Shown here piece after piece: positions 34,210 through 46,582 of a stretch of 64,000 nucleotides of DNA (the first letter of the stretch is position 1; each line of letters starts with the position of its first letter). The DNA comes from Lama glama (lineage: Eukaryota), in assembly GCA_028534125.1 (NCBI GenBank), contig CM052817.1, positions 3,350,001 through 3,414,000 on the forward strand. Reading direction: 5' to 3'. The position numbers were made by a program, and so were the translations under genes. The notes below the pieces were generated by a model. It was given only the letters and a program-made list of their open reading frames with translations. It did not search any database and had not been told where the DNA came from.

Positions 34210-37200
34210 TGTTAAGTTAATTAAAATCTTAAATAAAATACAATTTCAATACAGTAGAAATGAAAGCCCATGGAATCAGATGGGATGGAGAGACACAGCG
34301 CGGCCTTGGTCCTTGAGGGGTGTGAAACTTGCCTTCGTGTAGAAAGCACACATCACACACAGACCAGGAATACAGTCACGCGCGGGGGAGCACTTAGGAG
34401 AACAGCTAGGAAGGCTCCTCGCAGGAGGGGAGGGGTGATCGTGGGAAAGCAAGGGTGCCAGTTTCCAAACTAAAAGGCCGGCCTCCTGGAGGCCCCTCAG
34501 TTCCTGTCTGAGATTCCTCTGGCACCTGGCAGACAGCCCTGGCATCCTCCTGCAAGATGGGGTGTGGGAGCACAGGGGGACACTTACAGATCATTCTGTT
34601 CCAATTTTCGTTATTTCCAACACTGCTTATCCTTGTCTTAAAATCGTTACGGCTCTACCGTGGAGTGGATACAAACCGCATGTAAGGCCCCTAGATGCTC
34701 CACGAGCTCCCGTGTTCTGTGTGATTGCCCTGTAGCTTCTGGCTCTGCCCACTGAACTTCCCCTGCCCGGGCTTGGACAGGGGGTTGGGGTGCATGGGTG
34801 GCATCCACGGGGGCCTCCAGGGCGAGGAAGCAGGACCAGATGTGGCTGTGTGTGTGCATCAAGTCCCCACGGCCTTGCAAGGAGAGGGGCTTGGAGGTGG
34901 GGGTGCAGTGGCCGTGGAGCGAGCTGGGAAGCACTGCTGGGACCCCCTGAGGATGGAGAGGCAGAAGGGGAGCAAGGCTGAGGGGACAGAGAGAGGGGGA
35001 CAGATGTGAGAGCCGTCCTGGACATCGGATCCAGGTGGTGATGGACAGTGTTCTGATCTGAATGGTGGCACCAGAAAGATCTGTCCACGTCCCACCCCAA
35101 AGACCGTGCAGGACCCTGTCTGGAAAAGAGGTCTTTGGGCCTCACCCCACCCCTCCCTCCCACCCCATCCTGCACTGACTCAGGGGGGCCCAGCAGCTGA
35201 GCGGAGAACACGACCCACAGGAAAAGGGGCAGAGTGCTGGACCACTGGAGGCGGCCAGGGAAAGACAGTCCAGACATGCAGCCTGTGAATTGCAGGACAT
35301 TTAAAAATGCATTCACCTCAGGTTTCAGGGAGTCATTTCCAGAATGAAAATTCCATACCTGTCATTAAAAATGTATCTATTGTGATCACACAAGAGAATT
35401 CTTGGGGGCTCGCTGCAAGTCCAATACGTGTGTCTTTAATAACCGCATTTAACACGTGTCCTCCAGGCACGGGCACTGTGCACCTCCCTCCACGTGTGCC
35501 TGAAATGGCAGAGGGCCGGGTGGTGTCCTGACAAACGGCCAATGGCAATCTTTCCACTTCTAAACAAACTCGTTCAAGTCCCAGAACAGAAAGGTCATGA
35601 GCAGATGATGCTGGTGAGAGAAAAATGCCGTTGGTAATTAAACACGGAAACTGCCCACCCTCACCAGGAATCGAAGGCGTGCAAATGAAATGGCATGGCC
35701 GCCCCTTTGGGCTGGTAGGTTAGCAAGCTGGAGAAAAGTCGTCAGCCTGAAGCCGGCCAGGAGGCAGGGCCCAGGTGGAGGGTCGGTTTCCCCATGAAAA
35801 AGAATTTGGCGCTGCAGCCCGCCAGCTGTAAACCTACTCAGGCCGTCTGGCTCTGTAACGGAGCTCCCGGAGCTCCTTCCCGGGGACCAAATGGAAAGGA
35901 AACCCACAGGCCTAAATTTCTTATGGCAGCAGCAGGGCTCAGGAATAGAATGAATCAATCTAAAGGGCAAGTGCACAGCCGTAAAAAGATGGTGATGCAG
36001 ACCATGGTACCACACAGAATAACCAGAAACATTCTGTACGTGTGAAAGAAAGAAAATGCAAGACTTTACTCTGTGTCTAACTGTACAAGGACTCGGCATA
36101 AGAGAGAGAAGATAAACAAAGAAAGTAATTGCGCCCGACGGGTGGGGGTGTGGGTGAACTTTTTTGAAATGACTAATGCATTTGTATGTATTTTTAATAA
36201 AGGAGAGGAAGCGTCTGAGTAAGAAAGACAGTGATGAGAAAGGAACGTGGAAAATTAAAATCTGTTGATTTGCTTTGGAGAAAAACTAAATTTAGACTGT
36301 GTACTGTTCTAGGGATGGTCTGTGCATGATCTACTTCAGTCCTCCCAAGCTCCTATCCAGGGGTATTTTAGCCCCATTTTACAGACAAGGAGACTGAGGC
36401 TCTCGGGAGGAAAAGGAGGCCCTGTGAAGCAACTCTGAGGTGGGTGGTTGGCTCTGTGGCTTTCCCACTGCTTTTGAAGAGTTCTGAGTCTGGAGGCCTG
36501 GTCTCTGTGCGGTAGGGCCGGCCACGGTCACTCCCACCCCCACCCCCACTCCCAGTCCCCAGGAGGACTTGCAGTAAATTGTAACTACATCCAGAAACTC
36601 TGTCTGTATAAGCACAGATTACACCGGGAAGGATTGTTCACTATTCAAACAATACTTTCGACATCCTCGCTTCCTCCGCCTCCGGCCGTGCTGAGACGTG
36701 GCGGGCAGGAGGGGACGGGCACTGTCACTCTTGGTAGATCAGCAAGTGCTCGTGAAGACCCGGGCTGACAGCAGGAGTCGGGGAATGAGTTAGTCGAGGA
36801 ATTCTCCTGGGATGAAGAAAAGACGCGAGTGCCTCTCCACCTTGCGGTCAGGGGACCTGTCCTCGGACCACCCGCCCAGCGAGAGGGACCCCTCCAGGGG
36901 CCAGCCCACCCGAAAGCAGTCCTCCAAGGCGAGTCCTCAGAGGGCAGCCGATGAGATTTCCCTGGGACTTCAAGGCTCACACCATTTTCCACTCTCCTCC
37001 CAAACAGTGAAGGGCCTTCCCCAACCCTGGAGGGGAATTTTCAAAAGCAGTCTCCTTAGTGGGTGAGTTGCTTCAAGGCACAAGATTAAAATCTACCAAC
37101 ATTTAAAGAAATGGGGGGTCGTGGCAGGAAACCATCTGTCACAGGCTCTTTTTCCTGAGGCTAGCGATGGACCTGGAAAGCAGGCTGGTGAGTCAGGGAG

Positions 37201-38307
37201 GTGCACCCACGGCTGAGAGGGGCTGCCTGGGAAAGGCGCCTCTGCTGGAGAAGCGAAGGAAAGCTCACAGCTCAGTCCCCACACCCGGCCTCGTCGGCAC
37301 CAGGGCCCCAAACCGGCCGGCCCAAGGCGACAACCGCTCCTCACCCAGCAAAGAAAGGACCCGATTCCACGGTCACTTCAGCAAATTCCCAAAGCATCAC
37401 AGAAATTCTTCAGTAAGAACCAGCAGAATGAACCAAGCCCCTGCACTAAAAGCAAAGCCAAAAGCTGAAAATAAATCAACTCCAGGTGGTTGCACACAAC
37501 TCAGGAGTCCTGATCAGCCCGTCTCCGTGCTGTCTAGTGGGTTTCACATAGAAAAGTGAATTAATTATTACTAGAGAGACACATCTTGGAAAGCAAAACA
37601 GTTCAACACCCAGAGAAGGTGGCAGTGGCAGGCGGTACCCGGAGAACACAGCATCCTCGCCTGGGAGAAGCTCTGAAACCACAGCCCAAGATGCTGGGAA
37701 CCTTCCTTCCCCCTTCCCGGGTGAGCAGATGTAAACACTGACGATGATAATAACCAAAATGGTTTCTCAAAGCCTCCTTCTCTCCTCATTTAAAACATCA
37801 AAGCGTCTGCCTAACGCCCTTGGACTGAATTCACATTTCACATATAAAGAGATAGCGCCCGTTGTCAGCGGGTTATTTATTGACCGAGCTCTCCGGCTGA
37901 GCCAGGAAGCAAGAAAGACGCCCGTTCCGTGAGGATAATCGGCGCGTTTGGTGGACTCCAGGAGCCGCGTCGGAAGCTCGGAGCACAAGCAGAGGGAATT
38001 GTGCGCTGACCTGAATTCACAATGCAAACCCCCTTCCCCCTGGGGGAGGAAAAGAGCAAGGGGAAAAGAACACAGGAAGAAAGGGAAGAAGCTTTCTGAA
38101 CGGTTGTCTGTTCTCCGGCGCGGCCTATGCACACTGACAAAGCTCTTAATTAGCCTCCAACTTCTTCTCTAAGCATTTTCTGGCCAAAGAAAAGTTTCAA
38201 GGCCTCCAATTCACAGGGGTTGCTCCAGCAGGGCCCTGGGATCTCAGCCCCGGCCTCAGAGACACACAGGTGCATAAGGAGAATGGCCCATCCTCGGGCA
38301 GACTTAC

Positions 38308-38375
38308 CGCCACAGAGAACTTTCCAGAACCTTCCCCATGTCTGCATGGTAATACTTCGTCAGGATCAAAATCAC
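38308..38375 (-). CDS. SORCS2: SORCS2 internal coding exon (68 nt, probably exon 2), start of VPS10 domain: VILILTKYYHADMGKVLESSLW(R)
   Basis: Minus strand reads ACTGATTTCTGCCTTTGTCTTTGTTGTCGCCACAG|GTG ATT TTG ATC CTG ACG AAG TAT TAC CAT GCA GAC ATG GGG AAG GTT CTG GAA AGT TCT CTG TGG CG|GTAAGTC. It has a branch-like CTGAT, pyrimidine tract, CAG acceptor and consensus GTAAGT donor. The peptide matches SORCS-family VPS10 sequence from recall. Phase 0 to phase 2. Confidence 0.93.
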
Positions 38376-40589
38376 CTGTGGCGACAACAAAGACAAAGGC
38401 AGAAATCAGTGGGTTTCAAGGTTCCCCAAGAGGCTACAACGGCACTCCTCTCACCCAGGATTTGGGGGGGTCTCTCCAACGTCAGCTGCCCGGGCCCCTC
38501 TCACTTGGTAATTCTGGGAGCCCCGGCCACCTTGCAGCAGAGCACGTAGACACGGCACTGGTTAATGCTCCAAAAACTTGCTCTGCTCTGCACAGTGGCT
38601 TTGGGAACATCCCAGCCCTGTGAGGCCCACCTAGTAGCTGCTGTTCCATAGGGATCATTCAAACTCAGCCCTGGACAATCTCAAACTGTAGTCAAAGGGA
38701 TGCCAAGGAAGTGATCCTGGGGAGCACGGAATGCACTGGGCTATCCCCGCCGGCGTCCTTGAGAACAACCAGCAGCCGGCCAGAAAGAGCTGCTGGGGCT
38801 GCTCGGGAGACAAGAGCAGCCCGGGAAGTACATGCTGGCGTTACATTCCCCAGGCGTCGGCTGACGGCAGGGCCAGTGACAGCGGGATGGGAAGACAGAC
38901 AAGGACAGCGGGGACAGCTGGAGGGGGTCCGTAAATCATCGATGGCACACACACGTTTTGTCGTTGCTAAACTATTCACCACACACCCTGGGCCCTACTT
39001 AATGAAGCGTTTTCATTTCCTGCCTGTGCAGGAGATGCAACTGTTTACCAAAATGAAAATAAATGTGGTTAAGAGCACCCAAAGTTCTCCCCCCAAAAAT
39101 GTACAAACAAAAACAAGGATCAGACTCCGGTGGAGAAAAGAGTGCTGTCCCCAATTACTCCAAGAGCCACTGCATTTTCACATACATCAAATTTCATTTC
39201 ACTCACTGCCAGTCCCTGTTAGCTGCTCCCAAGATCCCTGTTGCCATGGGAACCCCGGGAGGTAAAATGGGAACACCCCCTGGTCCCCAGCGGGGCCATT
39301 AGGCCCATTAATTTGGGGTCACCGCACTGGCCATCTCCAAGTTTGGGTTCCTCCTCATGAGCAGGACTTCCTCTGCTCTGCGTCTTTGGGGTGTAGCTGC
39401 CGCCAGCAGTTCAGCTGGTTTCTTTCCCTGGTGATTAAAGCAGGGAAGATAGGAGGAGAGGATGTCAAGCGAGACGTGACGGTGTGTGTTTTAGAAGCAG
39501 CTATGATTAAAAAGAAAACCCGAGGTCTCTTCAATGGAGGCGCGATCAGCCTGCCTTGCTTGGGAACAAAGCGATTTTCTCCTGCCAGGCTCTCAGGCTG
39601 CCCGAGTCAAGCGGGAATCCTCTGAAGACTGGGGGTGGCAGCAGAGTGACAGGGCCTGGGAGCGTAGGAGACAAGCGTAGTTTTAACCTATTGATTTATA
39701 TTTTATAGTGTTGCTGTTCCCAGGGGGGATTTCGAGAAGCCGGAGTGTGACAGCTGGAAGGGACCTCAAAGTCTGTTTAATCCGGTCCCCTCCAGGGTGA
39801 AATCCTCAACCCCACATCCTTCTCGAGCACCTGCCATCTGGGCTCTGCTCACACACCTGGAGGGGCGGGGGGCTCACCCCACCGCGGCGCTTGGGCCCCT
39901 CCGTGGGCCGAGTTCAGCCTCCTGGTAACGTCTGCCCCTGGGTACTGTTTCTACAGGTGTGGACGATCACTGAGCAGGACTGGCTCCCCCTCCCACCCCT
40001 TCTGGGCGAGAGTCCCCAGTCACGCCCACCCCTTTCATTCTAAGCTCCAGCCCTTCCTTTGGCCATTGCACAAACTTTTCCTCATCTTGGGACCCTCTTC
40101 CCCCACCACCTCTAACTCTGGTTAAACCCTACTCAGATCTCAGTCTGTTTGACACCGCCTCCAGGAAGTCTCCCAGGCCCCTCCCAGGGATTCACTGTCT
40201 CCTCGAGTTCCTTCTGACCCTGTACTTTCGGCCCCACTGAGAGTTTGGGATCCCAAGGCCAGGACCCAGGTCGTGCTTGCCCAGGGCTGACACAGGAGCC
40301 GCCCACGTGGTCAGCCTGGCGGATGGACAGAGCAGGGCACCCCAGTCGCTGAAGTTGGCAGCGGGAAGGACCCCTTAGTTCTGGGGTCAGACCCTTCAAG
40401 CCCCAAGTACCTCATTTCTGGATCTGATGAGGAAATAACACTCAGCATCCTCTGGGAGGGTGAGGATGAAGTTCTACCCCATCCCCGCCCTGCACATACC
40501 CTTGTTAACACCCGCTGAGGCCACCCACCTGGGGGCACAGGCAAACATGGTTCAGCCACACCCACTCCACCCCCGGGAACCAACAAGGC

Positions 40590-40730
40590 CACTCGTGTCA
40601 TTGCCTCCACTCGGCAGATGAAGAAACTAAAGCAGAGAAAGCTTAAATACCGTGCCAAAACGACTTGTCCAGTAAGCAGGCGAGCTCGCGTGTCACCCCA
40701 GACTGTGACTTCAGAGCTCAGGCTCTTAAC
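40590..40730 (-). mobile_element. MIR
   Basis: cagatgaagaaactaaagcagagaaagcttaaat...ccaa...cagtaag...gacttcagagctcaggctcttaac. Confidence 0.6.
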
Positions 40731-41890
40731 GGCCAGGCAGGTTTGGAGGTGAAATATCCCAGGAACCATTTTTACTGCGGCTGATATGTTACCGCAGCTC
40801 TGGGGTGCTTTGATCTGGGCGGGAGAAAAACCCAGAATGTGGGCTGGGGCTTCTGTGTCCTGGCTGTTGCCAAGGGTCTCCTCCCACCCAGAGGCTTCCT
40901 GAGCCCACAGCCCCCGAGAGTCCTTCGGGATGGTGGGGAGCGTCCAAGGAAAAGACAAGGATTTCAGCTGCCCCTGCCCAAGGGAGGACAGGCCACACTG
41001 TCCCTGGTCACCCCCATGTCCTGTTTTCTCACTTCTGGTCCTCTGGGCCTTGGGGCTGCGCAGGCTCCTGGTGGGGGTGCCGGGCACCTACGCTGTGCCA
41101 ACTCAGCACATTAAGAACATCAGCTCACCAGATCCTTTCATGGCCCCATAGGGAGGGGCCGATACTGTTGTTCCCATTTTACTGATGAAGAAACCAAGGC
41201 ACAGAGCTGTCCAGTGACCTGGCTGACACTGTACATGGCAGGACAGGGGCCTCCTGTCGCCAATCCAGAGCTTCCACTGGCTCCATTTTCAGCCCCACCC
41301 TGACTTCTCCGTGGTGCCTGCCTTCCAGGCATGGGATGTGCAGATGCCCCTGGCTCCCTGGCTGCACCCTCAGCCAGGTCCAGCCCAGCAGCCCTCCACC
41401 CTGACAGGCCAGGCCGTGACCCCAGAGGAGCCAGCCTCTCTGGATTTCCCCAGACCTGCCTGTCCCTGAGGCTGCTGGGCTGGACGCTCCGTAATGGCAG
41501 GGCTGAGTTCTACTCTGATCCACCCTAAATTCCCAGAGCTCAGCACAGAGCAAAGTTTGCCAATGTCTGTTGAGTGAGTGAACGAGTGAATGAGTCGGTG
41601 AGTGAAAGAACAGCCCTGCACAGGAGGGAGCAGCCAGGACCCGTCCTTGAGGTTAAGGCACAGCCAAGCCTGCCACCAGGTGCCTGCGGCCCCCCCAGAG
41701 CCCCTCCGCCTGGACCGCTTGCCTCTGACCCCAGTGACACCCCCCAGGGCTGTGAGACACGCCCTGCCCTTAAGGCCCGAGACTCCCTCAGGCCATGCCC
41801 ACCCTAGCCCTCAGGGGAGGAAGCTCAGGATCCGGTGGGCGTGAGACCCCACCTCCTTACCCAGCCAGAGCCCAACCTGGCAGCCGGGCT

Positions 41891-42048
41891 GGTGGCCGGC
41901 ATCAACCCGCGCGGACGCCTGGGCCCTGTGCTCAGGGGCCCCTGCCCTGGGTTTAATGCTCTGCTGTCATCGTAATTCATTAAAAAGTCTGAACAAGGGC
42001 CCCAATTTTTGTTATGAACTGGACCCTGTGAATATCGTAGCTGGTCCC
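41891..42048 (+). mobile_element. MER45A-like hAT MITE
   Basis: gggccctgtgctcag...ggtttaatgctctgctgtc...tgaacaagggcccc...actggaccctg...gtagctggtcc matches the MER45A consensus from recall. Confidence 0.8.
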
Positions 42049-43747
42049 CAGGCGTCTGTCCACTCCTCTGACGTTCCTGAGTTTCAGTGCCCCTCTGGCC
42101 CCCCCGATGCATGGGAGAGAGCCTGTCTGTTGAACACCCAGTTCCACTCCGTCTCCCTGGTCAGGGAAGCCAGGAAGGCAGGCCAAGGAAGGAGGCCCAT
42201 GTGGGCATCAGATGGAAAACCTGAACCCATGGGAACCTGGGACAGTTTCACCCAGTGCCTCACACTAGAAATGGGGAAAGGGCTCAGTGGGGCAGACCCC
42301 AGTCCCCAGAGAGCTCCGTCCAGGGCCCAGCCATCACACCCACTGCCCCTCGAGTTATTCCAGGGACGGGCCAGGTGGACCGCATCAGCCTGCTCCCTCA
42401 GTACAGGCTGGCCGAGGGCTCGCTCCTTAACAAGAAAAGGAAACCCTGGCGTCCACGCTCAGCTCAAGGAGAGACCCTTGGGTGGGCAGCGGAGCCCCCA
42501 CCCCCATCACCAGCAGCCTGTCTCCTGCCTCCGCTCCACCATTCCTTTCCAAACCCAGTGGTGAGTCATTCAACACGCTCTTCTCTCTTCTCTCCAATGA
42601 GCTTGTTAGATTCTCTTTGCAACAGGTGCTAGGCCTGGGTCTCAAAGCTCCTAGAACGGGCTTATGGTAACAGCCTGGTAGCTGGAGGAAGCCACGCCCA
42701 CCAGCTGAGAACCCCGATGTGTCATTAACAGATCTGTCACTCTGAAGGGAGGCTGGTTTGGGGCGAGTCTCGGCACCCAGGGCTGACGGAGGCCAACGGC
42801 GCGCAGTGAGCGCCCCACCTGCAGGCAGCGATCACTGTTTCCGTTTCCCTGTCAGGTCCCACTGGTGCTGCTGACAGCTTCTCAGACACATTAAAACAAG
42901 ACAAGGTGGGTGCAGAGCAGTGGGACGACCCTGGCGGGCCAGTTAAACCCTCTGAGCCTCAGTTTCCTCATCTGTGAGACGAGGCTGATTCACGTAGACA
43001 TCACTGGGCTGCTGGGAGGGTGATGTCCATCCACACAAACTTATACCAGAAATCAGGGCACAGAAGCGGGAGCTAAGGCCCTGCCCCCGAGCGGCCATTG
43101 GCATGTTTTGAGGTCAGCTTTTTCTATAATCCTGGGTCAGATTTACAAGAACATCACCACTGATGGGAAGTCAGAGGCGCCTCTTCCCCTCAGGCGGCAT
43201 TCAGCCAGGTCGGAGTCAGCACGGCGTTGCCGACCAGAGGCATGGGCTCCTGCAGGGGCCGGGTGCTGAGCTGGGAGCCGGTTCAACCCCGGCGCCTGCG
43301 TGGGTTTCACCAAGTTTGCCATTAGGGGAGCTCAGAGCTGCCACCTAAAATGTGCCCCTCTTGGGACAAGAAACACCCAGATCACCTCCAGTTTAGGGCC
43401 CTGACCTTCAAAACAGCCAGCGGGAAAGGACTTTGAAGCAGCCTTACACTTGTGTGCCTTCCAAGAGCTCAAGAATAATCAGAAAAAAATAACACATATT
43501 CAGGCTCAACTCCGTTGTCAGTCAGTAAGCCCGCAGCACCAAACAAAAACAAAAACAAAAACAAAAAAAATTGTGGGGGAAGGCAGCAAGAACTCTGGGC
43601 TAATTGTGAACTCTGAAATCAACTTCCCAACAGAAAAAGGGAAAATTCAGAGTTGACCTGTGAGGACCTAGAAGGCCCCCCTATGTCACTGATATCCTCC
43701 AGGCCAAGCAGGGCAGGGCCGGCTACAGCGTGGTCTAGTCTGGGGCC

Positions 43748-43877
43748 TTGCTGCTCCCAGTGGGGTCTGGTCCGGCCACACAGGCTCCCCAGGAGCTCCT
43801 AGAAATTCAGAACCTGGGTGAGGCCCCACCCCAGACCTGCTGAGAATCTGTGTTTTAACCTTGGAGAAGCTGCACTG
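43748..43877. mobile_element. MER5A-like hAT-Charlie MITE
   Basis: ggagctcctagaaattcagaa...aggccccaccccagacctgctga...aatctgtgttttaac. Confidence 0.75.
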
Positions 43878-46475
43878 GCAGGTCCTCACCCTTAAGAAGT
43901 CCTGGGGCCCCACTTGCTCAACTACATGAGAAGCTGCATCTCCCTGTATCACTCAAGAGGGCACTGTCCTCTCCATCCTCATGCTGCTGACCTGTTCCTA
44001 CTGACCTGGCAGCAGACACACACCATACTCAGGTACGTGCTCACTGCCATGATTTTCAGTCATCCCAGGGCCTTTGCATATGCTGATATCTGTACTTAGA
44101 ACGCTCCTCTGCCCCTCTGTACCGTCTGCCTCTTGCTACTGAGTGAATTAATTAACTGAAAATAGGCTCCAAAAAGGCAAGACCGTCTCCTGGTGTGGCC
44201 TTTCCCCACCCCCACCTCACCAGTCCACTTGTCCAGCTGTGAAAGTTGACTGTGGAATGTGTATGACTTTCTATCATCTTGGAACACCAGAACTCATGGG
44301 TTTAGGAGCCCACCTTGGGACTGAGGCCAGAAAGGGGAAGGATCCATCCCAGGGCCATGTGGTAGACATGCCACCTGGCAGAACCCTCCTCCTGGGTCTG
44401 CATAGTGGTATAGTGCCCCTCATAGGAGAGATGCTGAGGGTGGGAAGGAGGGCAGGGGCTTTCCCCGAAACATCCAGTGATGACAGTAATAACAGCAAAT
44501 GCTTATACAGCACTCACTCCACATCTTACATGCACCAAATGCCTCATGACAGATGAACAAACCGAGAAACAGAAAGAACACAATGGCCCCAAGATCATAA
44601 CAGCTTGTCCATGGTGGGCCTTGGATGAGAGAACAAGTAAAACACATCAGGAATCATATGTTAGGAAGAAAAAAAGGGAGGTCAGAAAAGAAGGCAGAGA
44701 ATAAGATTTTTTTATGGTGACTTCGAGTATTCATTCAACAAACAGTCTAATCTCTCAACTTGCCAGGCATGAAGATCCACAGAGAAAAAGCCAGCCAGCA
44801 TCCCCAGGGCCTGTTGACAGTGACATTCCCTCTGCACATAAGCTTCCGGGATGCTCACAAGAGCACTGCCAAGGTGTAGGTATGTGTTCCATTCTCTGTA
44901 AACACACATTCATGTGCAGAAAGGGTTACATGCAACCCACGCTCAGGGATCTCCACATAAGATTTTATGGAGAGACTGCTGATACACCCACACACCAAGG
45001 ATGCTTCCTTTACTAAGCTTGGAGCTAAAGGCACCCTCCTGGGAGAGCCTCTGTGGAGGCCTGATCCAGCCAAGGCATCTTACATCCTGTTCCAGAAAGG
45101 ATGAGCATCTCAGAGAGGCCATGGGGGTCTTGCTGGGCCCCAGTGGGGGCTGGTGTAGTGGGAGCTGCCTGTGGTATAGAAGGCCTTGGCTTGTTACATC
45201 TGCCCCACTGCTGGTTATGCCCCAGCGCCTGCGCAAACCCTGTGTGCCTTTGAGTCTCAGTTTACTCATCTAAAAAATGGAGGGAAAATCCCTGCTCCAC
45301 CTTCCCTCACCTCACTGAAAGGGGACAGTGTATCAAAGGACGGATATCAAAGGATTTTAAAACCTGTACCGCGCTGTCCCGGGAGGAGGGCTGATCATCA
45401 AGACACAAGATGATGTCATTGCCTGAAAAGTCACCCAAATGCTCACAGTGAACTGGGAACTTGAGCAGTTTCACGAGAGACACCACCTGTTCTCAAGAGA
45501 CGCCCTCCAGGGGCCCCAGAGGGGTCTGGACGCAGCCCAGTTACATGTCACGAGGTGCACAGTCCCCTGCAGAGGGGACATGGGTCCTCAGTGAGGGTCC
45601 CTTGCTCTGGGCAAAGAGGCTGACCTACAGCTGGTGGTGAGGAAAGCAAGGACGTGAGGGTGACCCTCCCGCGCGAAGCCCCGTTGGAGGACCCGGGGCT
45701 GCGGCCTCAGCCCGGCCAGGGCCTCTGCGGGAGGGCAGCTGACTGGCTGGCCGCATGTGAGGCCCGTGGGCACCTCCCCGCCTTGAGCCTCAGACCTGCC
45801 TCGTATCCCCCAGCGTGCTCGTCTGTGCCGGGGGGCGACGCAGGGCTCGGCAGACTCCTCACCCAACAGCAGAGCTGTTCTGGGGCCTAAGTCTTGAGGC
45901 TGGAGACCTCCCACCAGTCAGGCCCGGGTGGGCCCTGGGGTCCTCGTTATCTGCACTCGGGAAGCTGTGAGTCCAGCGAGGTAAAGGCTGAACCACGACG
46001 GAGGGGAAGAGCCGCAGGCAGGAGGGGCGGGAACGGAACCGCTCACGAAGGAGCCTCGGGCGTGCTGCGGCGAGGATACAGCACCTGCAGAACCACAGCC
46101 CATCCACCGTGGCCCGGCCACCCTGGAGAGCACTTCTCTGGAAGTCCCTGTGCACGTGGACTGATGGCTGTCCAAAGTCACTGCCCGAGATACTGTTAAT
46201 AACAGCTAAAGACCAGAAATAACCTGCAGGCCGGCCACTCGCCGGTGCGTAGCCACCACGGGGACACCACGCAGCCGTCCAGGTGGGGGGATGCGTACTA
46301 GAGAAGGGGCAGGGGGCTGAGATGGCTGCTCAGGGAGAGGAGCCAGGGAAGAACAGCGCTGTGTCCCTTTTGAGTTAAAAATGGGAGAGGCAAAGCCACT
46401 GCACTGAGCACTTCAAAATGGTTAAATGATGGGGTTTATGCTACTCGAATTTTGCTTCGATGAAAAAAATGAGAA

Positions 46476-46582
46476 GGGGCAGCGGTAGAGCACATGCCTC
46501 TCTTTGCACCAGGTCCTGGGTTCGATCCCCAGGACCCCTACAAAATAAATAAGTAAAACCAGTTACAACACCCCCCCAAAAA
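46476..46582 (+). mobile_element. tRNA-derived SINE (camelid Vic-1-like), 5' partly deleted
   Basis: AGCGGTAGAGC (A-box remnant), GGTTCGATCCC (B box, 46519-46529), then caaaataaataagtaaaaccagttac...ccccccc aaaaa tail resembling camelid SINEs from recall. Confidence 0.8.

Noticed and set aside
46476..46540. Possible tRNA gene
   Set aside because: No acceptor stem or proper anticodon arm, and it is followed by a SINE-type A-rich tail.
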